A stretch of 64,000 nt of DNA, from NCBI GenBank assembly GCA_024636785.1, contig JAGXGK010000053.1:1525-65524 (forward strand), written 5' to 3'. The stretch's first letter is position 1; each line of letters opens with the position of its first letter. Origin of the DNA: Gammaproteobacteria bacterium (GTDB lineage Bacteria > Pseudomonadota > Gammaproteobacteria > SZUA-229). Below, piece after piece: positions 1 through 7,566 of the stretch. Both the position numbers and the translations under genes were made by a program. The notes under the pieces are model-generated. The model did not search any database and was not told the DNA's origin. It saw nothing but the letters and a program-made list of their open reading frames with translations.

Positions 1-1028
1 CCAATCACACTGGCCACCCTTCCAATCGCCTCTCTTTTGACGGTGGGATACTTGGTAATCTCAACCTTAATAATCTGTCCCGACCTGGCCTCACCCAGCT
101 CGCTGGCGGGCAATAAAATATTCTGGGTCATGCGCTTGCTGTCGGGGGTGACAAAATAAACGCCATCTTCATCATACAGCTGCCCGACCACAAACTGATG
201 GGCGCGCTCAATAATACTGACAACGGCACCTTCACGGCGACCCCGGCGATCAATACCGGCGACCCTGACTACCGCCCGGTCACCATGCATCAATGTTCGC
301 ATCTCTCTACCATTCAGGAACAGATCATCGCCACCCTCTTCAGGCACCAGAAAACCGAAACCATCGGGATGAGCAATCACCCGGCCTCGAATCAGATCTT
401 CCTCATCCACCACCAAATAACCATCACGGCGGTTCTGCACCAGCTGACCATCGCGAACCATGGCGCGCAGACGTCGTCGCAATGCCTCGTGCTCATCATC
501 CGTTCCCATCTTGAGATGAGCGAGCAGCTCGGGCATCGTCATCACGTTATGCTCTTCGATCACACTGAGAATCAATTGCCGGCTGGCGATAGGGTTTTCG
601 TATCTCCCTGCCTCACTCTTAGCCTCGGGATCAACTAGCGGCTCTTTTTTTGGACCTCGACGCCGGGGCTTGCCACCTGATTTACCTGCCGGTTTGCCGC
701 CGGATTTACCATCAGGCTTGCTGCCGGACTTAGCATCAGGCCTGCCGCCCGACTTTGTATCAGGCTTAGCACCCGGCCTTGTATCCTGCTTGCCACCACG
801 ACCGCGTCTGGATCGAGATCTTTTCCTGGGTTTTGCCCCGGTTTTACCCTCAGCCTCCCCTCTGGATTTGGCCTCTCCGCCCTTCGTCGCTTCCACTTTG
901 GTTGTGACCTCAGCTTCCGCCTCAGGTTTTGATTTGCGCATTGACTTAACTATTGATCTAGCTAAAGCCCCGATTTTAGAGCCGAGTTTTGACCCGGTCT
1001 CTGACTTTTGAGTTTTTTTATCATTCAT
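1..1028 (-). CDS. rnr: Ribonuclease R, N-terminal part (3' end lies outside the window)
   Basis: I translated the minus strand from the ATG at 1028-1026. The product reads MNDKKTQKSETGSK..., then a K/G/P/S-rich region, then RYENPIASRQLILSVIEEHNVMTMPELLAHL...LRRRLRAMVRDGQLVQNRRDGY...GRVIAHPDGFGFLVPEEGGDDLFL...MHGDRAVVRVAGIDRRGRREG. This matches the HTH plus cold-shock-domain N-terminus of RNase R. The frame stays open to position 1, which is why it is absent from the ORF track. The plus-strand ORFs 198..638 and 670..1011 are its mirror images. Confidence 0.85.
   Translation of the reverse strand, partial: MNDKKTQKSETGSKLGSKIGALARSIVKSMRKSKPEAEAEVTTKVEATKGGEAKSRGEAEGKTGAKPRKRSRSRRGRGGKQDTRPGAKPDTKSGGRPDAKSGSKPDGKSGGKPAGKSGGKPRRRGPKKEPLVDPEAKSEAGRYENPIASRQLILSVIEEHNVMTMPELLAHLKMGTDDEHEALRRRLRAMVRDGQLVQNRRDGYLVVDEEDLIRGRVIAHPDGFGFLVPEEGGDDLFLNGREMRTLMHGDRAVVRVAGIDRRGRREGAVVSIIERAHQFVVGQLYDEDGVYFVTPDSKRMTQNILLPASELGEARSGQIIKVEITKYPTVKREAIGRVASVI
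667..786 (-). repeat. Five tandem 24-nt (8-aa) coding repeats inside the rnr N-terminal extension
   Basis: Units lie at 667-690, 691-714, 715-738, 739-762 and 763-786. On the minus strand they encode DTRPGAKP / DTKSGGRP / DAKSGSKP / DGKSGGKP / AGKSGGKP. Confidence 0.85.
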
Positions 1029-1140
1029 CCGCGAATTGTAACCGCCTAATCAAAATATTCATAGCGTTGCAAATTGACAGACGTACAATCTGCATGTAAA
1101 GTCGCGCTCTGTTCCGGATCAGTGATCCAGACTCACCTTT

Positions 1141-1227
1141 GCCGAGGTGGCGGAATTGGTAGACGCGCTAGCTTCAGGTGCTAGTGGCCTTATGGTCGTG
1201 GAGGTTCAAGTCCTCTTCTCGGCACCA
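1141..1227 (+). tRNA. tRNA-Leu (anticodon CAG), type II with long variable arm, CCA encoded
   Basis: The sequence is GCCGAGGTGGCGGAATTGGTAGACGCGCTAGCTTCAGGTGCTAGTGGCCTTATGGTCGTGGAGGTTCAAGTCCTCTTCTCGGCACCA. The anticodon arm is CTAGC-TTCAGGT-GCTAG, giving anticodon CAG. The T-arm is GGAGG-TTCAAGT-CCTCT. It is near-identical in layout to E. coli tRNA-Leu(CAG). Confidence 0.95.
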
Positions 1228-1490
1228 TCTTTAAGTACCTATATATGCCATTCAGGCGTATTCAATAAAAATCTCCCGTCTACATATCGGAAAATAGCAG
1301 CCTCCATCGCTTGCGTACGTTTTCACACCTACAGCATATTGCGTTTTATACAATCCCTATAGCTCCAAAGCTGAATATCGATAACCGGCCTGCGCCGCTA
1401 TCACGCCTGAAGAAACACTGTTTCGTAGACGTACCCATGAAGAACTCATAAAAGTGAAATATCACTTAAATTTGCATGGGCAAGAAATCG

Positions 1491-1940
1491 CTATTTCATA
1501 CCCGGCGTTTCAGCCTTTTTGTAATAATAAAAACCAAAACCGATGCGCAGAATTCCCATCACAAGCAATAATGCACTCAAGGCATAAATATCATCAGTTT
1601 TTAATTTGTGTTCGAACAGACCGATCATAATATCGCGCAGCACAAAGACAATAGCTGCATCGAAAACAATCGGCAATCTGATAGTCTTCTCCATAAAATA
1701 CTGGAACAGAGCACGAGATAATTCCAGTAGTATTACCAGAGTCAGCACATCGGAAAATATATAGAGATAATTGCCTGTTATGCCCGTTTTATAGAGCAGC
1801 TCATAGACTTCATAAAAAAGCCGGAAAGCACCAATTATCAGCGCAAAAGTAGTAAATAATAAAACAACACCGAATATATAACTGGTGACTTTGTTAAACA
1901 GCCATTGCGGATTTTTCCACTCATTATTTGCTGATGACAT
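1491..1940 (-). CDS. psiE: PsiE-family (phosphate-starvation-inducible E-like) small membrane protein
   Basis: The 149-aa product has four predicted TM helices. The central segment LTLVILLELSRALFQYFMEKTIRLPIVFDAAIVFVLRDIMIG looks like the PsiE family core. Family assignment is from memory of the family pattern. Confidence 0.55.
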   Translation of the reverse strand: MSSANNEWKNPQWLFNKVTSYIFGVVLLFTTFALIIGAFRLFYEVYELLYKTGITGNYLYIFSDVLTLVILLELSRALFQYFMEKTIRLPIVFDAAIVFVLRDIMIGLFEHKLKTDDIYALSALLLVMGILRIGFGFYYYKKAETPGMK

Positions 1941-2129
1941 ATTTTTGTCCTATTTTTAAAAAAAATTTTTTATGCGGTACCGTACGTTATTACTTTAGTC
2001 AGTGCTATTTCCACTCTCCACAATCCCCCATCGAAGCTACACTTAATACCCCCTGCGATTACTATGGAACTAATTAACAGAATAATCCATAATCACAGCA
2101 CTCCATATCGTTAAAACAAGGACTCGAAC

Positions 2130-3470
2130 ATGACTAGCTGGCCTGAACCCGTTCAAATAATAACAATGATTTTAGAAGGGTTTAATGAGTTACTGGTTTT
2201 ACTGGCCTCTGTTGATTTCTGGGTACAGCTTGGGGTTATTATCACTGTTTTTATCATAGCGCGCTGGTTTCTAACTCCACAACTGCGCAAGCTGCTCAAC
2301 CGTGTATCCTCCGCCGGTGAACGGGTCGCCAGTTTTAATCTGCTCATCGTCACACTCAATGAATTTGCCAACACGCTGGTCTGGCTGTTTTTACAATGGA
2401 GCGCCATTCAGGTTTATGTCTATCTGGAGCAACCGCACAGCCTGCTTACCCCCGTCGCCAGCCTGCTTAGCGCCTGGTTATTAATCCGCATCACCTCAAA
2501 ACTGGTCAGCAATCGCGCCACCGCCCGCCTAATCGCCACCGTGGCATGGACAGTGGCCGTGCTCAATATTTTCGGTTGGTTGCACCCCACTGTGGCATTG
2601 CTGGACAGTATCTCTCTCAGCATGGGCTCAATGCGCCTGTCTCCGCTGGTGATTATCAAGGCGGGACTTTTATTATGGCTCTCGCTGTGGCTGGCCCATG
2701 TTCTATCCGGCTTTCTCGATCGGCGACTGGAAACCTCGGAAAGTATCACTCCCGCCATGCGGGTACTCAGCGTCAAGCTGCTGCACATTGGCCTGATCAC
2801 CGCCGCCTTTCTGATCACATTTTCTGCGGTCGGGATTGATTTAACGGCACTGGCCATATTCGGTGGTGCGCTCGGTGTCGGCCTGGGCTTTGGTCTACAG
2901 AAAATATTTTCCAACCTGATCAGCGGCGTCATCCTGCTCATGGATCGTTCAATCAAACCCGGTGATGTCATTGCCGTGGGTGAAACTTTTGGCTGGATCA
3001 ATCACCTCAGCGCGCGCTATGTTTCGGTGATTACCCGTGACGGTATCGAGCACCTTATCCCCAATGAAATACTCATTACCGAACGGGTGGAAAACTGGTC
3101 GTACAGCAACGATCTGGTGCGTCTGAGACTACCGGTCGGCATTGCCTATAAGGCGGATGTACGGCTAGCGATCAAGCTTTGCGTGGAGGCGTCTCAGTCA
3201 GTAAGTCGCATTATGAAAGAGCCGGAACCGCGCTGCCTGCTGAAAGGTTTTGGCGACAGCTCGGTGGATCTGGAACTGCGCCTGTGGATCAACGATCCAC
3301 AGAATGGCCGCGCTAATGTGTTGAGTGAAGTGCTGCTCGGCATCTGGGATCGTTTCCATGAACACGGTATCGAAATCCCCTTCCCGCAACGCGACCTGCA
3401 TTTACGTAGCGGCTTCGAACAGCTTAAAAATCGTGACGACGATTCGACAAAATCAGGAGAAGATTCATGA
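2130..3470 (+). CDS. Mechanosensitive ion channel, MscS family
   Basis: The 446-aa product has a multi-TM N-terminus. The MscS pore/beta-domain signature is present: FGGALGVGLGFGLQKIFSNLISGVILLMDRSIKPGDVIAVG...GWINHLSARYVSVITRDGIEHLIPNEILITERVENWS. Confidence 0.9.
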   Translation: MTSWPEPVQIITMILEGFNELLVLLASVDFWVQLGVIITVFIIARWFLTPQLRKLLNRVSSAGERVASFNLLIVTLNEFANTLVWLFLQWSAIQVYVYLEQPHSLLTPVASLLSAWLLIRITSKLVSNRATARLIATVAWTVAVLNIFGWLHPTVALLDSISLSMGSMRLSPLVIIKAGLLLWLSLWLAHVLSGFLDRRLETSESITPAMRVLSVKLLHIGLITAAFLITFSAVGIDLTALAIFGGALGVGLGFGLQKIFSNLISGVILLMDRSIKPGDVIAVGETFGWINHLSARYVSVITRDGIEHLIPNEILITERVENWSYSNDLVRLRLPVGIAYKADVRLAIKLCVEASQSVSRIMKEPEPRCLLKGFGDSSVDLELRLWINDPQNGRANVLSEVLLGIWDRFHEHGIEIPFPQRDLHLRSGFEQLKNRDDDSTKSGEDS

Positions 3471-4426
3471 TGCAGTTTATGTTATGCCATAACAACACCA
3501 CGCAGGTGGGCGGCCGGGAGCTATTAGAACAATGGCGCAATAATCCTGACAGCTGGATCTGGCTGGATCTGCAAGACGAACCGGCGGAGCAGGAACGCGC
3601 CTTTCTCATTGAACATTTTTCCCTGGATAACGGTACCCTTATCGAAGCCCAGCGCGAACGACACCCGCCCAGTTTTGAAGCCTTTGAAAATTATATTTAC
3701 CTGTTACTCAAACCACTGGATGCAGAGTCCGACTCACTCGATTTCAGCACCCTGCAATTGGCAATGTTCGCTGGTGAGGGGTTTCTGGTTACGCGTCATT
3801 CCAAAGCATCCCCCTATCTGGCCAAACTCTGGGCGGCGCTGGCACAGGATGGCTGCGCCGAGAACTTGCCCATCTCCATTGTCACCGCTATGAGCCGACG
3901 CGTGGCACAACGTTATGGCAATATATTACTGAATCTGGAACAGCGCCTGGACATCATCGAAGACGAGCTCTTCGACAGCCCCACCGACACACTGATGAAA
4001 GAGCTGGTTGGCTACAACACCAGCCTGCGAAAAATGCATCGCATACTGGCTTATCATAAAAATGTCTTCGACAACCTGCGCCAACAAATGCATAAAAACA
4101 CACAATATGAACATGATGAGTTTGATGATATTTACGCCCTTATCGAAAGATTCAGCAGCCTCTCCGGCGTTTATCAGAATGTCATCACCGATCTCATCGA
4201 AGCCTACATCAGCCTGAACAGCCACCGGCTGAATCAGATTATGAAAGTGCTCACCATCATCACCGCCATCTTCGTGCCCCTGACTTTACTGGTCGGCATC
4301 TACGGTATGAACTTCGAATACATGCCGGAACTGAAAAGCGAGCACGGTTATTTCATTCTGTTATCCATAATGCTGGGCATTGCCTTTCTGATGCTGTATA
4401 TCTTTAAACGCGTACGCTGGTTGTAA
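3467..4426 (+). CDS. CorA-superfamily divalent cation channel (ZntB/CorA-like)
   Basis: The 319-aa product has two C-terminal TM helices and the YGMNF signature (VGIYGMNFEYMPEL). Its start codon overlaps the MscS stop (ATGA at 3467-3470). Confidence 0.85.
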   Translation: MMQFMLCHNNTTQVGGRELLEQWRNNPDSWIWLDLQDEPAEQERAFLIEHFSLDNGTLIEAQRERHPPSFEAFENYIYLLLKPLDAESDSLDFSTLQLAMFAGEGFLVTRHSKASPYLAKLWAALAQDGCAENLPISIVTAMSRRVAQRYGNILLNLEQRLDIIEDELFDSPTDTLMKELVGYNTSLRKMHRILAYHKNVFDNLRQQMHKNTQYEHDEFDDIYALIERFSSLSGVYQNVITDLIEAYISLNSHRLNQIMKVLTIITAIFVPLTLLVGIYGMNFEYMPELKSEHGYFILLSIMLGIAFLMLYIFKRVRWL

Positions 4427-4538
4427 TACCGGCTTAACCACTTACACTGATATATAACCCCCCTGAGATAACAATTACCAATATATTAAAACGATTCAAT
4501 GAAGAACACTGTAGGCTAAACGAAATACTAACAAGGCG

Positions 4539-4646
4539 CATGGAAAGGATACCCTTCAATCAAGACCGCCAGCAGCAGGGATACTGCTGCCGAGCGTACA
4601 CGGATGTATTCTCAGCGCGTCTTGATTGAAGGGTATCCTTTCCATG
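4539..4646. repeat. Perfect 28-bp inverted repeat with a 52-nt spacer (long hairpin or MITE-like element)
   Basis: The left arm CATGGAAAGGATACCCTTCAATCAAGAC (4539-4566) is the exact reverse complement of the right arm at 4619-4646. The spacer contains a smaller hairpin, GCAGCAG-GGATAC-TGCTGC. Confidence 0.9.
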
Positions 4647-4779
4647 TGACTCAATAATATCTTTGTTGTCTCGAATTGATACTGACAAAAAACCCACTCG
4701 GCGACATTACAGTCCGAGACCTAATCCTGGGCAATTAACCCGAAAATTCGGCACAGCTACATTTGACTGCCAACTATTT

Positions 4780-5001
4780 TTAAAACCCGACCAGTTGTCC
4801 GTGCAAACCCTGATTCGATGAAACCTCAATAAACTTTCTTGCATCGACGATTTCCGGATCGTAATCAATAATCATCAGGTGCGGTTTTTCATCGCGAACA
4901 TCTGCCGCCATTACGCCATCGAGATTCGGTATTGAATCACGCAGTTTTTCACGATCATCACGCCCTATTTCCTCTGTTATATGTAAGGTGACATCACTCA
5001 T
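4780..5001 (-). CDS. Small conserved-looking hypothetical protein (73 aa)
   Basis: The ORF is 4780..5052. I prefer the internal ATG at 5001, giving MSDVTLHITEEIGRDDREKLRDSIPNLDGVMAADVRDEKPHLMIIDYDPEIVDARKFIEV.... The composition is coding-like. I do not recognise a function. Confidence 0.5.
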   Translation of the reverse strand: MSDVTLHITEEIGRDDREKLRDSIPNLDGVMAADVRDEKPHLMIIDYDPEIVDARKFIEVSSNQGLHGQLVGF

Positions 5002-5404
5002 TATCTCTACCCATTGAAATTCTGTTAGACATCTTTGCACACTTGCATTCACACAAGTGCCGGCGGCAATAAGCCAATGTCGAGAACTAATTTATAAAAT
5101 GATTGAGGTGACATTACATTGAAAATTCGCAATTTCATGATGAAATTTCAATGGAAATTGAAATACATTGCACAGCAATATGATGACAACGTGTGTGGTT
5201 ATAAAGCACGGTACAGAACATTACTGTCTGCGTATTGATATTTTTCAATGCATGCGATGACGTTATGATTAAAGTTATCCATATCCGTACGATGCCGGCA
5301 TCGCACGAAAACATGTAACTGTTTTGACGCCAGAAAAAGCGATAAAGCATCTATTTCTAACGGCCTTCCCGTAGCGTTGCCCGGGTTATAGCCATAAATA
5401 AACC

Positions 5405-5568
5405 TGGGAGGTTATCGGGTTTAGGGGGGATTGAAGCGAGAGAGGTAGGGGTGGCACACTATTCCCGATTTTGAGGCGCATAGTTATTTTACGCAACGAA
5501 AAAATCAGGAAATTTTAGGCCGCTTTCCCACTTCCGCGCCAGTTCATCCTAAATCCGACAGCCTCCCA
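5405..5568. mobile_element. MITE-like element, family A, full-length copy 1 (about 164 bp)
   Basis: The terminal inverted repeats are GGGAGGTTATCGGGTTTAGG ... CCTAAATCCGACAGCCTCCCA. By eye it is about 85-90% identical to 31809-31971. It has no coding capacity and ends 14 nt before the HiPIP start codon. Confidence 0.8.
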
Positions 5569-5582
5569 GACAGGAGAATATC

Positions 5583-5912
5583 ATGACTGACCAAACCGTA
5601 ATATTACAACGCCGCAAATTGTTGCGCATACTGACTGTCGGCGCCACGTTAGTGCCTTTGAGCGGGTTATTCCTGCGCAACCCTGCACTCGCGCAGCAGG
5701 AAAAAGTAAATGAAGATGATCCATTAGCCAAAAGCCTGAACTATGCACACGATGCTACAAAAGTAACTTCCAAGCAGCGCAAGGCAGATCAGTTCTGTAA
5801 CAACTGCCAGCTACTACAGGGTGACGAAGGTGCGTGGCGACCGTGTGTGGCGTTTGCCAATAAACTCGTCAATGAAAATGGATGGTGTAGCGCCTATGTA
5901 AGCAATGTCTAG
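5583..5912 (+). CDS. High-potential iron-sulfur protein (HiPIP) precursor with Tat signal
   Basis: The 109-aa product has a twin-arginine signal (QRRKLLRIL...ALA). The mature part carries the four-Cys HiPIP pattern: CNNCQ...WRPC...NGWCSAY. The SD is AGGAG, 7 nt upstream. Confidence 0.9.
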   Translation: MTDQTVILQRRKLLRILTVGATLVPLSGLFLRNPALAQQEKVNEDDPLAKSLNYAHDATKVTSKQRKADQFCNNCQLLQGDEGAWRPCVAFANKLVNENGWCSAYVSNV

Positions 5913-5998
5913 TTGTAGAATTTCAGCTACATAGCATTGCTTTAGCAGAATCCATAATGTAGTTATAGTTAATTTCATCATAGCCTAGTGATCTATAA

Positions 5999-6036
5999 GG
6001 TGGGCTTTAATACAGCGATAAAGCCCGCCTTTTTTA
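5999..6036 (+). terminator. Rho-independent terminator after HiPIP
   Basis: The stem GGTGGGCTTTA ... TAAAGCCCGCC is followed by TTTTTT. Confidence 0.7.
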
Positions 6037-6128
6037 AAATGATTGGTCTCATGCATTATTGAAAATTTCAATACAATATCGTGGCCAGTAAATTGTAATC
6101 GATAACTCGTATCAAACGGAATAAAACC

Positions 6129-7004
6129 ATGGCAAAAATTGCAATTATTATAGGTAAAGAATTTGAAGATGCTGAATTTCAGGTGCCTTATGACCGTCTG
6201 AAACAGGCCGGATATATCATTGATTTAATAGGGCTTCACGCCGCTGGAACCATACACGGCAGGCACAGAAAATCGGTTGTGCAAATTAATGTTTCTGCCC
6301 GTGTTGCCGATACAGACGCTTATGATGCCCTGCTCATCCCCGGCGGCTACAGCCCGGATCACCTGCGCACTGATCAGGACATCGCAATGTTCGTGAAGAG
6401 TTTCATGAACAGTCATAAACCAGTGGCCGCAATCGGTCATGGCCCGGAATTACTGATTGAAGCCAACAACCTGGAAGGTCGCACTCTGACCTCCTCGAAA
6501 TCAGTCAAAACCGACCTTATCAACGCCGGCGCAATCTGGGTAGATAAAGCAATGGTGCTGGACGCAAACCTGATCACCTCACGCGGCATCAATGATCTGA
6601 ATGATTTTTGTCAGGCTGTCGAAGAGATACTGCAAGACGTTTCAGTTTTTCACAGCAACCCACAGCATGTTTCCAGCAAAGACGTCGGCGACTATAATCC
6701 ACAAGTAGAAATGGACAACGAAGGCTTTCTTATGAACCCCGATGAATGGAACGATCAACTGGCAGAGTGGCTGGCAAAAAAGGAAGGGCTCGACGAATTA
6801 AATGTAGCTCGCTGGCAGGTCATCCATGCTCTGCGTGACTACTACAAAGAACATCAACACGTCCCCAACTTCAAGGAATTATGCAAGAACGCCCATCAGA
6901 CAGACGCCTATTGCATGGAGCGATTATTCGACAACAACGGCAGCAAGGCCTGGCGCATCGCCGGCCTGCCAAACCCTGGCGAAGAGATCAATGCCTATCT
7001 GTAA
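6129..7004 (+). CDS. Fusion protein: DJ-1/PfpI-family domain (nucleophile Cys replaced by Gly) plus C-terminal DsrC/TusE-like domain lacking both conserved Cys
   Basis: Residues 1 to about 170 align with PfpI (KIAIIIGKEFEDAEFQVPYDRLKQAG...LLIPGGYSPDHLR...KPVAAIGHGPELLIEA). The expected AICHGP is AIGHGP here. Residues from about 195 to 291 look DsrC/TusE-like (GFLMNPDEWNDQLAEWLAKKEGL..LNVARWQVIHALRDYYKEHQHVPNFKELCK...AWRIAGLPNPGEEINAYL). The tail lacks the canonical C-x10-C arm. Confidence 0.8.
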   Translation: MAKIAIIIGKEFEDAEFQVPYDRLKQAGYIIDLIGLHAAGTIHGRHRKSVVQINVSARVADTDAYDALLIPGGYSPDHLRTDQDIAMFVKSFMNSHKPVAAIGHGPELLIEANNLEGRTLTSSKSVKTDLINAGAIWVDKAMVLDANLITSRGINDLNDFCQAVEEILQDVSVFHSNPQHVSSKDVGDYNPQVEMDNEGFLMNPDEWNDQLAEWLAKKEGLDELNVARWQVIHALRDYYKEHQHVPNFKELCKNAHQTDAYCMERLFDNNGSKAWRIAGLPNPGEEINAYL

Positions 7005-7011
7005 TTAAAAA

Positions 7012-7086
7012 TTGGGCTGACGCAGGATGCCCAACGGTTTTTTTTGATCATGGCAATTTGTTGGGGTTGATGTCTTTACCCAGCCC
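7012..7086. repeat. REP-like bipartite repeat, family D
   Basis: The element reads TTGGGCTGACGCAGGATGCCCAA ... TTGTTGGGGTTGATGTCTTTACCCAGCC. Related copies lie at 7211-7288, 8432-8489 and 51434-51506 (inverted). Confidence 0.7.
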
Positions 7087-7210
7087 AGAAACATAATTAG
7101 TGTATTTAGTAAACTGTCACCGTAATTTAGAGTATGCAGTAATGGTTGCCTTTCAGAGATAGATATCATTTTTTAAATATTACAATACGAGACCCTTGCT
7201 TGTTGCAATG

Positions 7211-7288
7211 TGTTGAGATGACGCAGGTTGCCAACATTTTTTATTGATTTCACCCTTTTGTTGGGGGTCGTACCTCTCTCCAACCTAC
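7211..7288. repeat. REP-like bipartite repeat, family D (diverged copy)
   Basis: The element reads TGTTGAGATGACGCAGGTTGCCAACAT ... TTGTTGGGGGTCGTACCTCTCTCCAACCTAC. Confidence 0.6.
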
Positions 7289-7466
7289 TTATGGACAAGA
7301 TTACATATTTATGAAATATCAGCTCAAAGTGTAAACACAACAGAGCGCTCAGCACTACGCCCCATGTCTCATGCGATAGTATGTGCTTTTAAATCTTCCT
7401 TTACAACCTGCCTCAGCTTTTCTTTTCTTTGGGTATTTTCTTTGTAGCTGTTGACAAAGAAAGTAC

Positions 7467-7533
7467 CTCGCCCGTGGGTGCGAATACCCACTACCCTCAA
7501 AGTTCTGACTTATCAGGAAGGTTAATAATTGCG
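7467..7533 (-). repeat. 67-bp repeat, family C, copy 1 (contains a GTGGGT-N6-ACCCAC hairpin)
   Basis: The reverse complement, CGCAATTATTAACCTTCCTGATAAGTCA-N10-GGTAGTGGGTATTCGCACCCACGGGCGAG, matches 24333-24399 apart from a 10-nt variable block and 1 loop base. Confidence 0.8.
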
Positions 7534-7566
7534 CCAATAATCCAGACGCGCTTATTGAATGTCACA

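Noticed and set aside
198-1011. Plus-strand ORFs 198..638, 293..514 and 670..1011 (the last a Pro/Leu/Gly-rich repeat protein)
   Set aside because: They are mirror-frame artefacts of the minus-strand rnr gene. The repeat protein is the antisense reading of the Lys-rich tandem repeats.
1147-1362. ORF overlapping the tRNA-Leu gene, and the idea that the tRNA marks an integrated island
   Set aside because: The ORF is simply the tRNA read as protein. I saw no integrase, no direct repeat of the tRNA 3' end and no compositional break downstream.
6059-6071. TTGAAAATTTCAA as an FNR/CRP-family binding site
   Set aside because: The spacing is TTGA-N5-TCAA, not the TTGA-N6-TCAA of FNR-type boxes. I kept it only as a generic palindrome in the findings.
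7467-7533. Family C repeat interpreted as a tRNA-like T-arm or a group II intron end
   Set aside because: The hairpin has a 6-bp stem and a 6-nt loop, with no TTCRA loop and no acceptor or anticodon arms. No GUGYG start, domain V consensus or reverse-transcriptase ORF lies nearby.
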